This document shows, in pieces, positions 1-8,173 of a DNA stretch of 36,023 nt. The DNA comes from an uncultured Clostridia bacterium (GTDB taxonomy: Bacteria > Bacillota > Clostridia > TANB77 > CAG-508), in NCBI GenBank assembly GCA_947631315.1, contig CANRLA010000002.1, positions 1-36,023 on the forward strand, in the 5' to 3' direction. Position 1 is the first letter of the stretch; each line of letters starts with the position of its first letter. A program made the position numbers and the translations under genes. The notes below the pieces were generated by a model. The model did not search any database. It saw nothing but the letters and a program-made list of their open reading frames with translations, and was not told the origin of the DNA.

Positions 1-32
1 TCCACAATTTCTTGCGACTCTAATAAAATTTG

Positions 33-77
33 TGGTTGCGGGGGTAAGACTCGAACTTACGACCTTCGGGTTATGAG
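33..77 (-). pseudogene. 45-nt 3' fragment of an initiator-type tRNA-Met (anticodon loop to CCA); the 5' half is absent. Probable att-site or integration relic.
   Basis: The minus strand reads CTCATAACCCGAAGGTCGTAAGTTCGAGTCTTACCCCCGCAACCA. This contains the CAT anticodon loop, the CCC side of the initiator-type anticodon stem, variable loop AGGTC, T-arm GTAAG-TTCGAGT-CTTAC, and acceptor CCCCGCA + A + CCA. It closely matches the known bacterial tRNA-fMet 3' half. Sequence 78-120 contains no complementary acceptor or D-arm. Confidence 0.8.
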
Positions 78-498
78 TATAAATATCGTATCTCATTCCT
101 ACATTATCCATTTTTTGTTTTCTAAATCAATAAATTATAAGGTATTTCTTTTTTTATTTTTTAGATAAACCCTTGTCCAAAAAAATTTTAAATTTGGTTG
201 CCTTTAGTCTATTAATTCTAATTTTTTTCATTATTTCACCTTTAAATGGATTAAATGTTACTCATTCTTTTATATATTTTGAGCAGAAAAGTTTTATTTT
301 TATATAAGAATAATTATAATCTTTTTCGTTTTTTAATTTAATAACTCTTTACATATGATATGTTCTTTTGAAGATTCTTCTTTTTTCTCTATTAGAACAA
401 CTGCTTTTTCTTCAATATCATATAGAAAAGAGCTATCTATTTTATATTTTTTTAATTTTCATTGTATATAGCTTTTACTATAGTATCAATAAATTTCA

Positions 499-1236
499 TT
501 ATTTAATTTCATAATTTGAAAACACTAATTCAGTTGATTTAAAAATTTTTTTTGGATTTATTGTTCTAATCAATTCTCCCATCTCATATTTATAAAATTT
601 TGTACCATATATATAATCTGATCTTTTGGAGTCTATCATAGAAATACTAATTTTTGATTCTTTCAGTTCATTTAGAATATTAGCAAATTTTTCATGATTG
701 AAAAGATATTTAGTATATAATAGTGGTCTTTGATCAATATTGTTATCTTCTGGCAAATATGGTGGATCACAATAAATATAAGAATTATTTAATATTTTTT
801 CTTCTTTTAATTTTTCAAATAACTCTGTATACTTTAAATTATAAAATTCTACATTTTGAATTAATTTAGAAATTTCTCTCAAAAAATCATTGTCAAAGCA
901 TATTTGTTCCTTTTTTCCAAAAGGAACATTAAATTTCCCATTTAAATTTTCTCTATATACTCCATTAAAACCTGCTTTCATTAAAAACAAAAAGTAAACT
1001 ACATTTATTTTTGCTTTTTGGCAATTAAATTCTTCTCTTATTTGATAATAATATTCTTGCTTTTTAGCTAAACTATCATAATTATTATATTTTTTTTCAA
1101 TCTTGTTAATGTTCTTTACTATAAATTCAACATCATTTTTTAATAATAAATAAAAATTTATTATATTTTCATTTAAGTCATTAACGACTATTCTTTTATA
1201 ATTAAAACATTCTATGTTATTTAATAAATTAATCAT
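499..1236 (-). CDS. Dam-like (D12 class) N6-adenine DNA methyltransferase, C-terminal 245-aa part of a frameshift-split gene (reconstructed gene 499..1381, 293 aa).
   Basis: NGKFNVPFG block and catalytic CDPPYLPED (DPPY motif IV) are typical of the Dam/MethyltransfD12 family. The ORF lacks the N-terminal AdoMet motif, which lies in the upstream fragment in another frame. Confidence 0.85.
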   Translation of the reverse strand: MINLLNNIECFNYKRIVVNDLNENIINFYLLLKNDVEFIVKNINKIEKKYNNYDSLAKKQEYYYQIREEFNCQKAKINVVYFLFLMKAGFNGVYRENLNGKFNVPFGKKEQICFDNDFLREISKLIQNVEFYNLKYTELFEKLKEEKILNNSYIYCDPPYLPEDNNIDQRPLLYTKYLFNHEKFANILNELKESKISISMIDSKRSDYIYGTKFYKYEMGELIRTINPKKIFKSTELVFSNYEIK

Positions 1237-1381
1237 TACAACTCCGAGAGCCTAGAAAAGGTTCTACATAAATTTCCTTTTGTTTATCAAATATATTTAA
1301 TAATTCATTTAATAATTTCTTTTTAGAACCTGCCCATCTAAATGGAGCAGAAATAACTTTATCTTTCATTTGTAAATTCAT
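1229..1381 (-). CDS. N-terminal 50-codon fragment of the same Dam-like methyltransferase, ending 5 codons after an in-frame CGG.
   Basis: Translation is MNLQMKDKVISAPFRWAGSKKKLLNELLNIFDKQKEIYVEPFLGSRSCND*. PFRWAGSK and EPFLGS (start of FxGxG) are the Dam N-terminal motifs. Skipping base 1246 gives ...FLGSGVVMINLL and joins the 245-aa ORF. The ATG at 1381 directly abuts the stop of the upstream gene (1382-1384). Confidence 0.8.
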   Translation of the reverse strand: MNLQMKDKVISAPFRWAGSKKKLLNELLNIFDKQKEIYVEPFLGSRSCND

Positions 1382-2971
1382 TTAATTTCTATCCTTTATT
1401 TCTATATCATATAAATAAAATCTTGCTCTTGTAAGTCCTACATATTTAAAATTATATTCTGAATTTTCATTATGCAAATATAAAACTATATTTGACTCAA
1501 GACCTTTATATTCAGATACTTTAAATATTCCTATAAAATCATCATTTTTATAGTTAACTTCATTTTTGTTTTTAAAATCAAAACCTTCTCTCATTATCTC
1601 ATCATAAATTTCATCATCAATAATTATGTTTATAAAACACTTTGGTACTTTATCTCTATAAATAAGATTTGATATAGCATTATTAATAAATCTAATAGCT
1701 TGATTTTTATTATTTAAACTACTCATAATAGGATCAGGACCATCTATTTGATTAGAAAATGATGTTTCTCCTAATGCAGTTCTATTTTTTGCCCAGTCAT
1801 ATATGTTTTTAGTATTTCTTAAATTTTCTGTTAATACATAAGGTTTAGATTCAATAATAAAATTATTTAAAACATCTTCTAAATTATTATTATATAAATT
1901 TTGTTCATCATCATAAAATACATAAAACTCACTTGACTTATCATCATATAATAAAGTCCTTATAAAAATTGCCTCATCTGGTGAAAAATCTTGTGCTTCA
2001 TCAATAATAATAATTCCATATTTTTTTACCTTAGATACATCAATTTTATTTATATCTTTTTCACCAATTTGGTCTAATAATTCATCAAAACAAATAATAG
2101 ATAAATTACTATTTTCTATATTACTAACTTGTCTAAAATATTCTGCTAAGTACTTACTTTTACTTAATAATAGCGTTTCTCTTCTTTCAATTAAAGCTTT
2201 TTTTGAAGCTATCTTATATGCAATCCAGGACTTTCCAGTTCCAGCAGCACCTTTCATAGCAAATACTTTGTAATTTTTTAATAAATTAATTATATTGTCT
2301 TGCACTTCATTAATCTTTTCTAATTCATTATTTTTATACTCAATCAATGCTCCTTTAGATGCTTCAATTGCATACACTCTCTTTAGCATATCACATAGTT
2401 TTTTTCTTGATTCTGAGGTAAATAAGTCTTCAATATACGAATTATGGTTTTCCCAATATAAAAATGCTTGTTTAACACATCTTTCTAAATTATTATCCAT
2501 ATCATTTACATCTATTGTTATATCTTTTACTTGATTAAAATTTACTTCAACATCTTCTTTCATTTCATACATAGGAAACGCAGACATAAATCCATATACA
2601 CCTTTATAATCAATATTATATGTAGTTTCATATAAGTCCAAGAAATATCTCATACTTTTTTCTGCCTGCTGAAAAGCAGAGATATCTTTTATTATAGTAT
2701 CTCCATTTGAATTATAAACTATATATTTATCATTTTCATGAACATATTTAATTCCACCTTTTACTTCAACACATAAAAAACCCTTTTCTCTATCCACAAT
2801 TATAAAATCTGCTTCTGAATTTATCCTTTTACCAGTTTGATTCTTAGAATACCACGTAACAGAATAAAAAACTTCATAATTATCAGACAATTGATTTTTT
2901 AATGCATAATATAACTTTTCTTCTGAAAGAGTATTAAACTTGAATACAAATTTAGGATGCATTATTGCCAT
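1382..2971 (-). CDS. NERD-like nuclease domain fused to an SF1 (UvrD/DUF2075-like) P-loop ATPase/helicase.
   Basis: The N-terminus carries EADFIIVDREKGFLCVEVKGG (D..ExK nuclease-type motif in a NERD-like context). Walker A is KGAAGTGKS and Walker B is IIIDEAQDF. The C-terminal YKGLESNIVLY and VGLTRAR resemble the UvrD-like helicase C-terminal domain. Confidence 0.75.
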   Translation of the reverse strand: MAIMHPKFVFKFNTLSEEKLYYALKNQLSDNYEVFYSVTWYSKNQTGKRINSEADFIIVDREKGFLCVEVKGGIKYVHENDKYIVYNSNGDTIIKDISAFQQAEKSMRYFLDLYETTYNIDYKGVYGFMSAFPMYEMKEDVEVNFNQVKDITIDVNDMDNNLERCVKQAFLYWENHNSYIEDLFTSESRKKLCDMLKRVYAIEASKGALIEYKNNELEKINEVQDNIINLLKNYKVFAMKGAAGTGKSWIAYKIASKKALIERRETLLLSKSKYLAEYFRQVSNIENSNLSIICFDELLDQIGEKDINKIDVSKVKKYGIIIIDEAQDFSPDEAIFIRTLLYDDKSSEFYVFYDDEQNLYNNNLEDVLNNFIIESKPYVLTENLRNTKNIYDWAKNRTALGETSFSNQIDGPDPIMSSLNNKNQAIRFINNAISNLIYRDKVPKCFINIIIDDEIYDEIMREGFDFKNKNEVNYKNDDFIGIFKVSEYKGLESNIVLYLHNENSEYNFKYVGLTRARFYLYDIEIKDRN

Positions 2972-2972
2972 A

Positions 2973-4814
2973 TTAAACTTCCTCCCAAAAATTCAAAATA
3001 TTAGTTTTCCCGTCAGATGATTTATACCCATACAAATATCTCCTACTTAAGTCTTTATTAAAATGTTCACATGCTACTTCATCTAGATATGTGCATACAC
3101 AACAACTTCCATTCGTAGTATTCATACATAAAGGATCAAAAGCACATATTTCATTATCTTTATAAACATCTTTTAAAATTTTATGCAAATCTTTTTCAAA
3201 AGATTGTGTTAAAGCTCCTAAAACAGCTCCTTCATTTGATTTACAATATATAAAAATTGAACATGCATTTAAAAAAATAATTTCGCTTAAAGAACTTTTG
3301 TCCATTCCACAGTATTTACTTAAAGTATTAATAAACATATGCGAAATAGTATGTAATATATTATATATGCTTTTAGTATATAAATTTGTAATATTTCCAT
3401 TTTCTATATCAATTTCTTCAAATTTTTTTATCAAATGTGAATCAACATACGTTTTTTCTAGAAACCATTTACTTAATTCTTCATCACTTAAATCTTTAAA
3501 TATATATTGTTTATATGTATTTTTTAAGTATTCATATATTGCTCTTTTATCTATATCAATTATTATTCCTTCTGTCTTTTCTCTTATATTATAAAAAGCT
3601 GGCACTCCCATATTATGACTGTGAAATGCTTTTAATATTAAAGGTTCTTGCTTATCAGTTCTCATTTCATCTACATCTTGATATTTTCTAGTATATCCAT
3701 AGGCTGTATTTATTATTTCAATATCTGATACTGAGGCAATTTCTTTTATCTTTAATTTATTAATTATATCATATACTTCTTTTTCATCATTAATCTGATT
3801 TTTATCTTTAAGAAATTCTATAGTTTTAATATGGCTAGATATTATTTTTTCTTTAATAGTATTATATTCTAGTAATCTATATAAAACATCTTCATCAGAG
3901 TTGTTTTTTATACTATCATTTTTTATTATTTCGTCTAATAATTCAAAAATATCATCATTATTTTTTTCTTCAACTTTATAATCATTATTAATAATTTTTT
4001 TTGATCTCTCTTTAAATTCAGCTTGACTTATTTTTTCAACATATCTATCTATTATCAATTCTCTTCCTTCGTCTATACTACATAATTTTGCTTCTTCATT
4101 TTCTGTAAGCTTAATAGTAGTTATAATTCTAGGATAAAATACTTTAGGATCAGTTGCATTTACTAAGGTGCATGTATTCCCACATTTACATCTTTTATTT
4201 TTTATTTTTATTATGTTACCTTTTTTATTAACAAAACCATCCTTAATGTGAGCAAAATATTTCATTTCATTTGTGTCTACTTGGTATTCATCAAAGGAAT
4301 AAATTTCACCACAAGAGCATATCCATACACGGTTATATTGATTCATTGCTTTGCCTTTTCCATTACAGTCACAACGCATATTAATAATATCTTGACTATC
4401 AACATATTTTTTATCATTAAGTTTTATAAATTTTATATTACCGCATTGTGGGCAATAAAATAATCTAGGAAAAATATAACCGTAAATTTGAGTTCCTTCT
4501 ATTTGAGGATCGATTTCAAGAAATTTTACTCTTTCTCTATATTCTGGATTACTCACTAAATTTTTTAATTCGCTATCTATATCAACCTTATCATTGTTTT
4601 CACTATAAAAATTTGTTAAATCAGGTATTATTTGACTAATTATTTTAGGATAATATATATCATTTTTATTTATTTCTCTTGATTTCCAATAACCAATTTT
4701 TAATATTTTCTTATCCGCATTTTTACTGAAACTTGAGTCACTTGCACTACTTGTATAAGTTATACAACTTCCAGGAAGTGCACTGTATAAAGATTGACTT
4801 TCACTTCTCTTCAT
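2973..4814 (-). CDS. DUF1998 (MrfA-type Zn-binding) protein with several additional Cys ribbons, DrmB-like.
   Basis: The C-terminal block is HTISHMFIN...CSIFIYCKSNEGAVLGALT...CAFDPLCMNTTNGSCCVCTYLDEVACEHFNKDLSRRYL, a typical DUF1998 Cys cluster. Upstream ribbons are CPQCG..CDCNG, CSCGE and CKCGNTC. I place the start at ATG 4814 (MKRSESQ) because GGAGG lies 8 nt upstream. This overlaps the upstream stop by 14 nt. Confidence 0.75.
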   Translation of the reverse strand: MKRSESQSLYSALPGSCITYTSSASDSSFSKNADKKILKIGYWKSREINKNDIYYPKIISQIIPDLTNFYSENNDKVDIDSELKNLVSNPEYRERVKFLEIDPQIEGTQIYGYIFPRLFYCPQCGNIKFIKLNDKKYVDSQDIINMRCDCNGKGKAMNQYNRVWICSCGEIYSFDEYQVDTNEMKYFAHIKDGFVNKKGNIIKIKNKRCKCGNTCTLVNATDPKVFYPRIITTIKLTENEEAKLCSIDEGRELIIDRYVEKISQAEFKERSKKIINNDYKVEEKNNDDIFELLDEIIKNDSIKNNSDEDVLYRLLEYNTIKEKIISSHIKTIEFLKDKNQINDEKEVYDIINKLKIKEIASVSDIEIINTAYGYTRKYQDVDEMRTDKQEPLILKAFHSHNMGVPAFYNIREKTEGIIIDIDKRAIYEYLKNTYKQYIFKDLSDEELSKWFLEKTYVDSHLIKKFEEIDIENGNITNLYTKSIYNILHTISHMFINTLSKYCGMDKSSLSEIIFLNACSIFIYCKSNEGAVLGALTQSFEKDLHKILKDVYKDNEICAFDPLCMNTTNGSCCVCTYLDEVACEHFNKDLSRRYLYGYKSSDGKTNILNFWEEV

Positions 4815-7800
4815 TTTCACTACCTCCAAACTGTAATCCAATATCATAATTAATATCAACATCTCTTAAACTTGTCATTGCACTAAATCCATATTCAGTA
4901 AATTCCTTTATATGACTTTTTAATTGTTTATTTACAGTATTGTATGTATTAAGACTTTTATGTAGTCTTACAATTGTATTTATAAGTTCTTCGCTTAAAC
5001 CTTTTTTAAATTTAGCATGAACAGAATTGCTAATATCTATTTCTCTGCAATTATATATATCGTAAAGCTTATCTAAAAAATCTGAAATATTTTCTTTTCT
5101 AGCACTACCATTATGAAAGAAAAAGGAATCTACTTTTCCTAGTGTTTCATACTTTTCACCATCTCTTACACTATAGTAATGTTTTAATAAGCTTATAAAT
5201 ATACCTGGAAATGTTCTATGCATAGCTATCGTTGATTTAGAATTTAATCTTGTCTCATCAATTAAATAATCCTTATAATTATGCATCATATTAAAATATT
5301 TTAAAAATGATACGTCCCTATTTCTTGCAAGTCTAATTATATCAATTACCAGTCCAGTATATGCTCTTCCAACTCTAGAGTAAGATTGAATATATTCTGC
5401 GGTATTACTGGGAATTCCATAGAAAAAAATATTATTAAAATCTTTGGAATCTACTCCATGTGAAATAGTACTAGTTGCTAATATTAGATTATCCGCTTCC
5501 ATTTTATTTCTGTTACTTGTCATTGAATTTAAAGCTTCTTTTATTTGTGAGAAATCTTCATCACCTGTCATTCTTACAATATTGAAATTTGCATCTAGAG
5601 TATCTTTCATTCTTCCATAGTTTGCTTGTTGTTCAAAAGTATTTCTTAATTTATTATTATCATTTTTGGATCTAAAATAGATAATAGAAGTCCAATAATA
5701 AAAAATCATTTTTTTAAATTCTTCATCTGTCATTTCATATTTTGATGAATACTTATTCGGATTAGTATACATTTCATAAAGAAGCAATCTTAAAGTCGAT
5801 ACTGCATATTCAATTCTTGCATTAATTGAATCTCCAAAAGGAGCAAATCCAACAATTATTCTTGTTATATCATCTTCCGATAATTTTGAATAAAAATTTT
5901 CTCCACTTGAGTATGTACTTGGAGATGGGAATATTCTGCAATCTTTATTATATAATTCCTTAACCAAATAATCTGCTCCTGATATTGTTGCTGTAGCACC
6001 AATATATTTAACTTTTTTTCTATGTTTTTCATCAATCAAATTACTCATATAATAATTTAATAATGATTCATAATGAGAAGAAAATACACCTAAACTTTCT
6101 TTTAATAGATGCACCTCATCTTGTATAAATAAAGTTGGAGCTAAAGAAGGTTTTTGATTTTTATAAATATCTTCCATTTGATCTTGAATATTGCAAGTAC
6201 ATCTTGAATTGTGTGAAAATCCATGTGTTGCACATCTATATCTCGATCCACCCAAAATATTTCTAAATCCGTCATTCAGACTTATAGTCGCTAATTTATC
6301 AACTGTACTTATTAAAACTGTTGGAAGGAATCTATAAATTTCATTATCAACAATATATAATGGTAACACATTACCACATTTAGTGCATTTATGTTCTAGT
6401 ACTTTGTCTGTAACATTATATATTACATCAATTTTTTCACCACATTCAGGACATTTGTCTACTAATATATATTCTTTTTTATGTTCATATTTAGCAATTT
6501 TATCTTCTTTTATAACATTAGGTGTATTACTTGAACCAACAAAATATCCTAAAGTAAATATAGGTTTATCTTTTATTTCCTCTGTTTCTCTTAATATCTT
6601 ATTTGCTCTTAATATAACTTCTAATGTTCTTTCTAATTGTTGTATTGATAATAGACGCAATGGATACTTAATTATAGTATTTACTCCATAATTCTTACCT
6701 ATAAATCTATCATAAAAAGCAGATAAAATAACTGTTCCCAAAAAGGCTTCTGTTTTTCCACCACCAGTTGGAAAATATATGATTTCTGCTACACTATAGT
6801 CTTTATAATTGTAAATTTCTGATTCTAAATAATCTTTATTTTCATTATATACAATGTCTGAAATCATAGAAGTTATAAATACTATTTGAAATAATCTCCA
6901 ACTAGGGAATTTTTCTTCAAACGTTTTATTCATACATATAAATGCTTTTTTCATAGATTCAAATTCTGGATCTTCCAAAATTTGAATTCCCATTTCAAAT
7001 CTTCGTATTTCTTGCTTAAATTTCCTTAAATCATCTCTATAATCATTATCATCTATATTTTGTGAACCAATTGCTTCATAATAATCATTCATTCCTTTAA
7101 GAATAATTTTTAGGTTTTCTATTGGATTTTGTTGTAAATTTTTTAAATTTGTATTATCAGCATATTCATTTTTTGTAATTAATCTTTTTTCAATAAATTG
7201 TGGCACATTTTTAGTTACAATTTTTCCATTTTCGTATTCTGCTGATAGCCATTCGCCTTTAGTAACTACTTTAGAATTTACTTTATATGATTTTTCAAAA
7301 TTGTCTAACTCAATTTCTTCAAATTCCGCTCCATTTCTAGGTTCTATCTGAAGTCCAACATTAAATAATGCTGTAGCATACTTCTTATTTTCAAAATCAT
7401 TAGCGTTATAGTCTTGTCCCTTTTCTGTAATATTTTCTAATACTACTGTAACCACGCTTTTACTTTTTTCGTTACTATTTTTACATTCTAAATATGCACT
7501 AAACTTCCATTTTGGGTTTGAATGCATAATTTGATTATCAGTATCTCCTAAATGAGTTTTTATATATTTTTCAAATTTTTCTTTAGAGCTTAAAATACTC
7601 TTTTGGATGTCTCTAGTATCATAAAAGACAGAATCACCAAAATCTAAATTTTGAATTGCACTATTTAGTCTATCAGAAATATCTATTTTACCATTTTCCA
7701 ACAAATCTTTTTTTGATATTACAATATTATTCCATATATTATTAATAGATACTTTTTTATATTTTAAAATAAATTGAGTATTTTCATAATTATCACTATT

Positions 7801-8172
7801 CTCAACTTCTTCTTGAGGCTCTAAGTCATCAAACTTTCTTTTTTCTCTTTCTATTTCTTGTTTTTCAAAATATTCTTTTTGTTCTTCATAAGTAGGTAAT
7901 ACATTATAATATAAATTACCACTAAAATCTATTTTAAAATCTCCAGTAATATCATTGTTAATAAAGAACTGCACTTTAACAATTGGAATACTTGTATATC
8001 TAGTTGCTTCATCATTCTTTATATTTGAGTCTAATATTCCTATCACAATTTTTTCAGTTGGTCTCATATTATATATATAATCGCTATTTTCGCCTTCACC
8101 ACTTAACTCTTTTAAGTATTTCTCTGTTAAATCTTTACAAAAATCTTGGTACTTTTGTTTTTCTTTATCCAT
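4801..8172 (-). CDS. Large SF2 DExH-box helicase with about 470 aa of unassigned N-terminal region and an inserted zinc ribbon, DrmA-like.
   Basis: Helicase motifs are FPTGGGKTEAFLG (motif I), FIQDEVHLL (motif II, DEVH), ATSTISHGVDS (motif V) and QSYSRVGRA (motif VI). The inserted ribbon is CPECGEKI...CTKCGNV. It lies immediately upstream of a DUF1998 gene, as in the DISARM DrmA-DrmB pair. Confidence 0.75.
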   Translation of the reverse strand: MDKEKQKYQDFCKDLTEKYLKELSGEGENSDYIYNMRPTEKIVIGILDSNIKNDEATRYTSIPIVKVQFFINNDITGDFKIDFSGNLYYNVLPTYEEQKEYFEKQEIEREKRKFDDLEPQEEVENSDNYENTQFILKYKKVSINNIWNNIVISKKDLLENGKIDISDRLNSAIQNLDFGDSVFYDTRDIQKSILSSKEKFEKYIKTHLGDTDNQIMHSNPKWKFSAYLECKNSNEKSKSVVTVVLENITEKGQDYNANDFENKKYATALFNVGLQIEPRNGAEFEEIELDNFEKSYKVNSKVVTKGEWLSAEYENGKIVTKNVPQFIEKRLITKNEYADNTNLKNLQQNPIENLKIILKGMNDYYEAIGSQNIDDNDYRDDLRKFKQEIRRFEMGIQILEDPEFESMKKAFICMNKTFEEKFPSWRLFQIVFITSMISDIVYNENKDYLESEIYNYKDYSVAEIIYFPTGGGKTEAFLGTVILSAFYDRFIGKNYGVNTIIKYPLRLLSIQQLERTLEVILRANKILRETEEIKDKPIFTLGYFVGSSNTPNVIKEDKIAKYEHKKEYILVDKCPECGEKIDVIYNVTDKVLEHKCTKCGNVLPLYIVDNEIYRFLPTVLISTVDKLATISLNDGFRNILGGSRYRCATHGFSHNSRCTCNIQDQMEDIYKNQKPSLAPTLFIQDEVHLLKESLGVFSSHYESLLNYYMSNLIDEKHRKKVKYIGATATISGADYLVKELYNKDCRIFPSPSTYSSGENFYSKLSEDDITRIIVGFAPFGDSINARIEYAVSTLRLLLYEMYTNPNKYSSKYEMTDEEFKKMIFYYWTSIIYFRSKNDNNKLRNTFEQQANYGRMKDTLDANFNIVRMTGDEDFSQIKEALNSMTSNRNKMEADNLILATSTISHGVDSKDFNNIFFYGIPSNTAEYIQSYSRVGRAYTGLVIDIIRLARNRDVSFLKYFNMMHNYKDYLIDETRLNSKSTIAMHRTFPGIFISLLKHYYSVRDGEKYETLGKVDSFFFHNGSARKENISDFLDKLYDIYNCREIDISNSVHAKFKKGLSEELINTIVRLHKSLNTYNTVNKQLKSHIKEFTEYGFSAMTSLRDVDINYDIGLQFGGSENEEK

Positions 8173-8173
8173 T

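Noticed and set aside
154-231. 25-codon ORF with a good RBS (MKKIRINRLKATKFKIFLDKGLSKK), resembling the start of an XRE-type HTH protein.
   Set aside because: It is too short to be a functional HTH domain and the similarity rests on a handful of residues. I treat it only as a possible gene remnant supporting decay of a mobile element.
330-450. Minus-strand open frame ...KYKIDSSFLYDIEEKAVVLIEKKEESSKEHIICKELLN*.
   Set aside because: There is no start codon in frame (an upstream TGA precedes it) and no recognisable family. It is probably a remnant or chance ORF.
1229-1260. Phase variation by slipped-strand mispairing as the cause of the Dam frameshift (and of the two glucan synthase frameshifts).
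   Set aside because: There is no homopolymer or short tandem repeat at any of the three sites. Each is a single extra C in the context NNN-CGG-A.
2295-2534. Plus-strand ORFs from the track that lie inside minus-strand genes: 2295-2534, 3298-3594, 4248-4463, 6383-6691, 8004-8321, 8325-8525, 11979-12434, 15487-16038, 16524-16781, 18260-18454, 18771-18962, 19092-19292, 20025-20366, 20444-20653, 21222-21533, 22586-23743 group, 24914-25307, 26051-26290, 26802-27017, 27159-27356, 28578-28793, 30345-30575, 33615-33806.
   Set aside because: All are antisense shadows of well-supported genes. Their translations are F/L/S/I-rich low-complexity strings, as expected opposite K/E/N-rich AT-rich coding sequence. 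They have no recognisable motifs and no RBS.
4815-4862. Longer N-terminal extensions given by the ORF track: 2973-4862, 16352-17131, 19387-20235, 30679-31362, 32891-34126.
   Set aside because: In each case an internal ATG is preceded at 6-10 nt by a GGAGG-like RBS and removes overlap with the upstream gene or regulatory palindromes. The extended residues are hydrophobic or low-complexity read-through.
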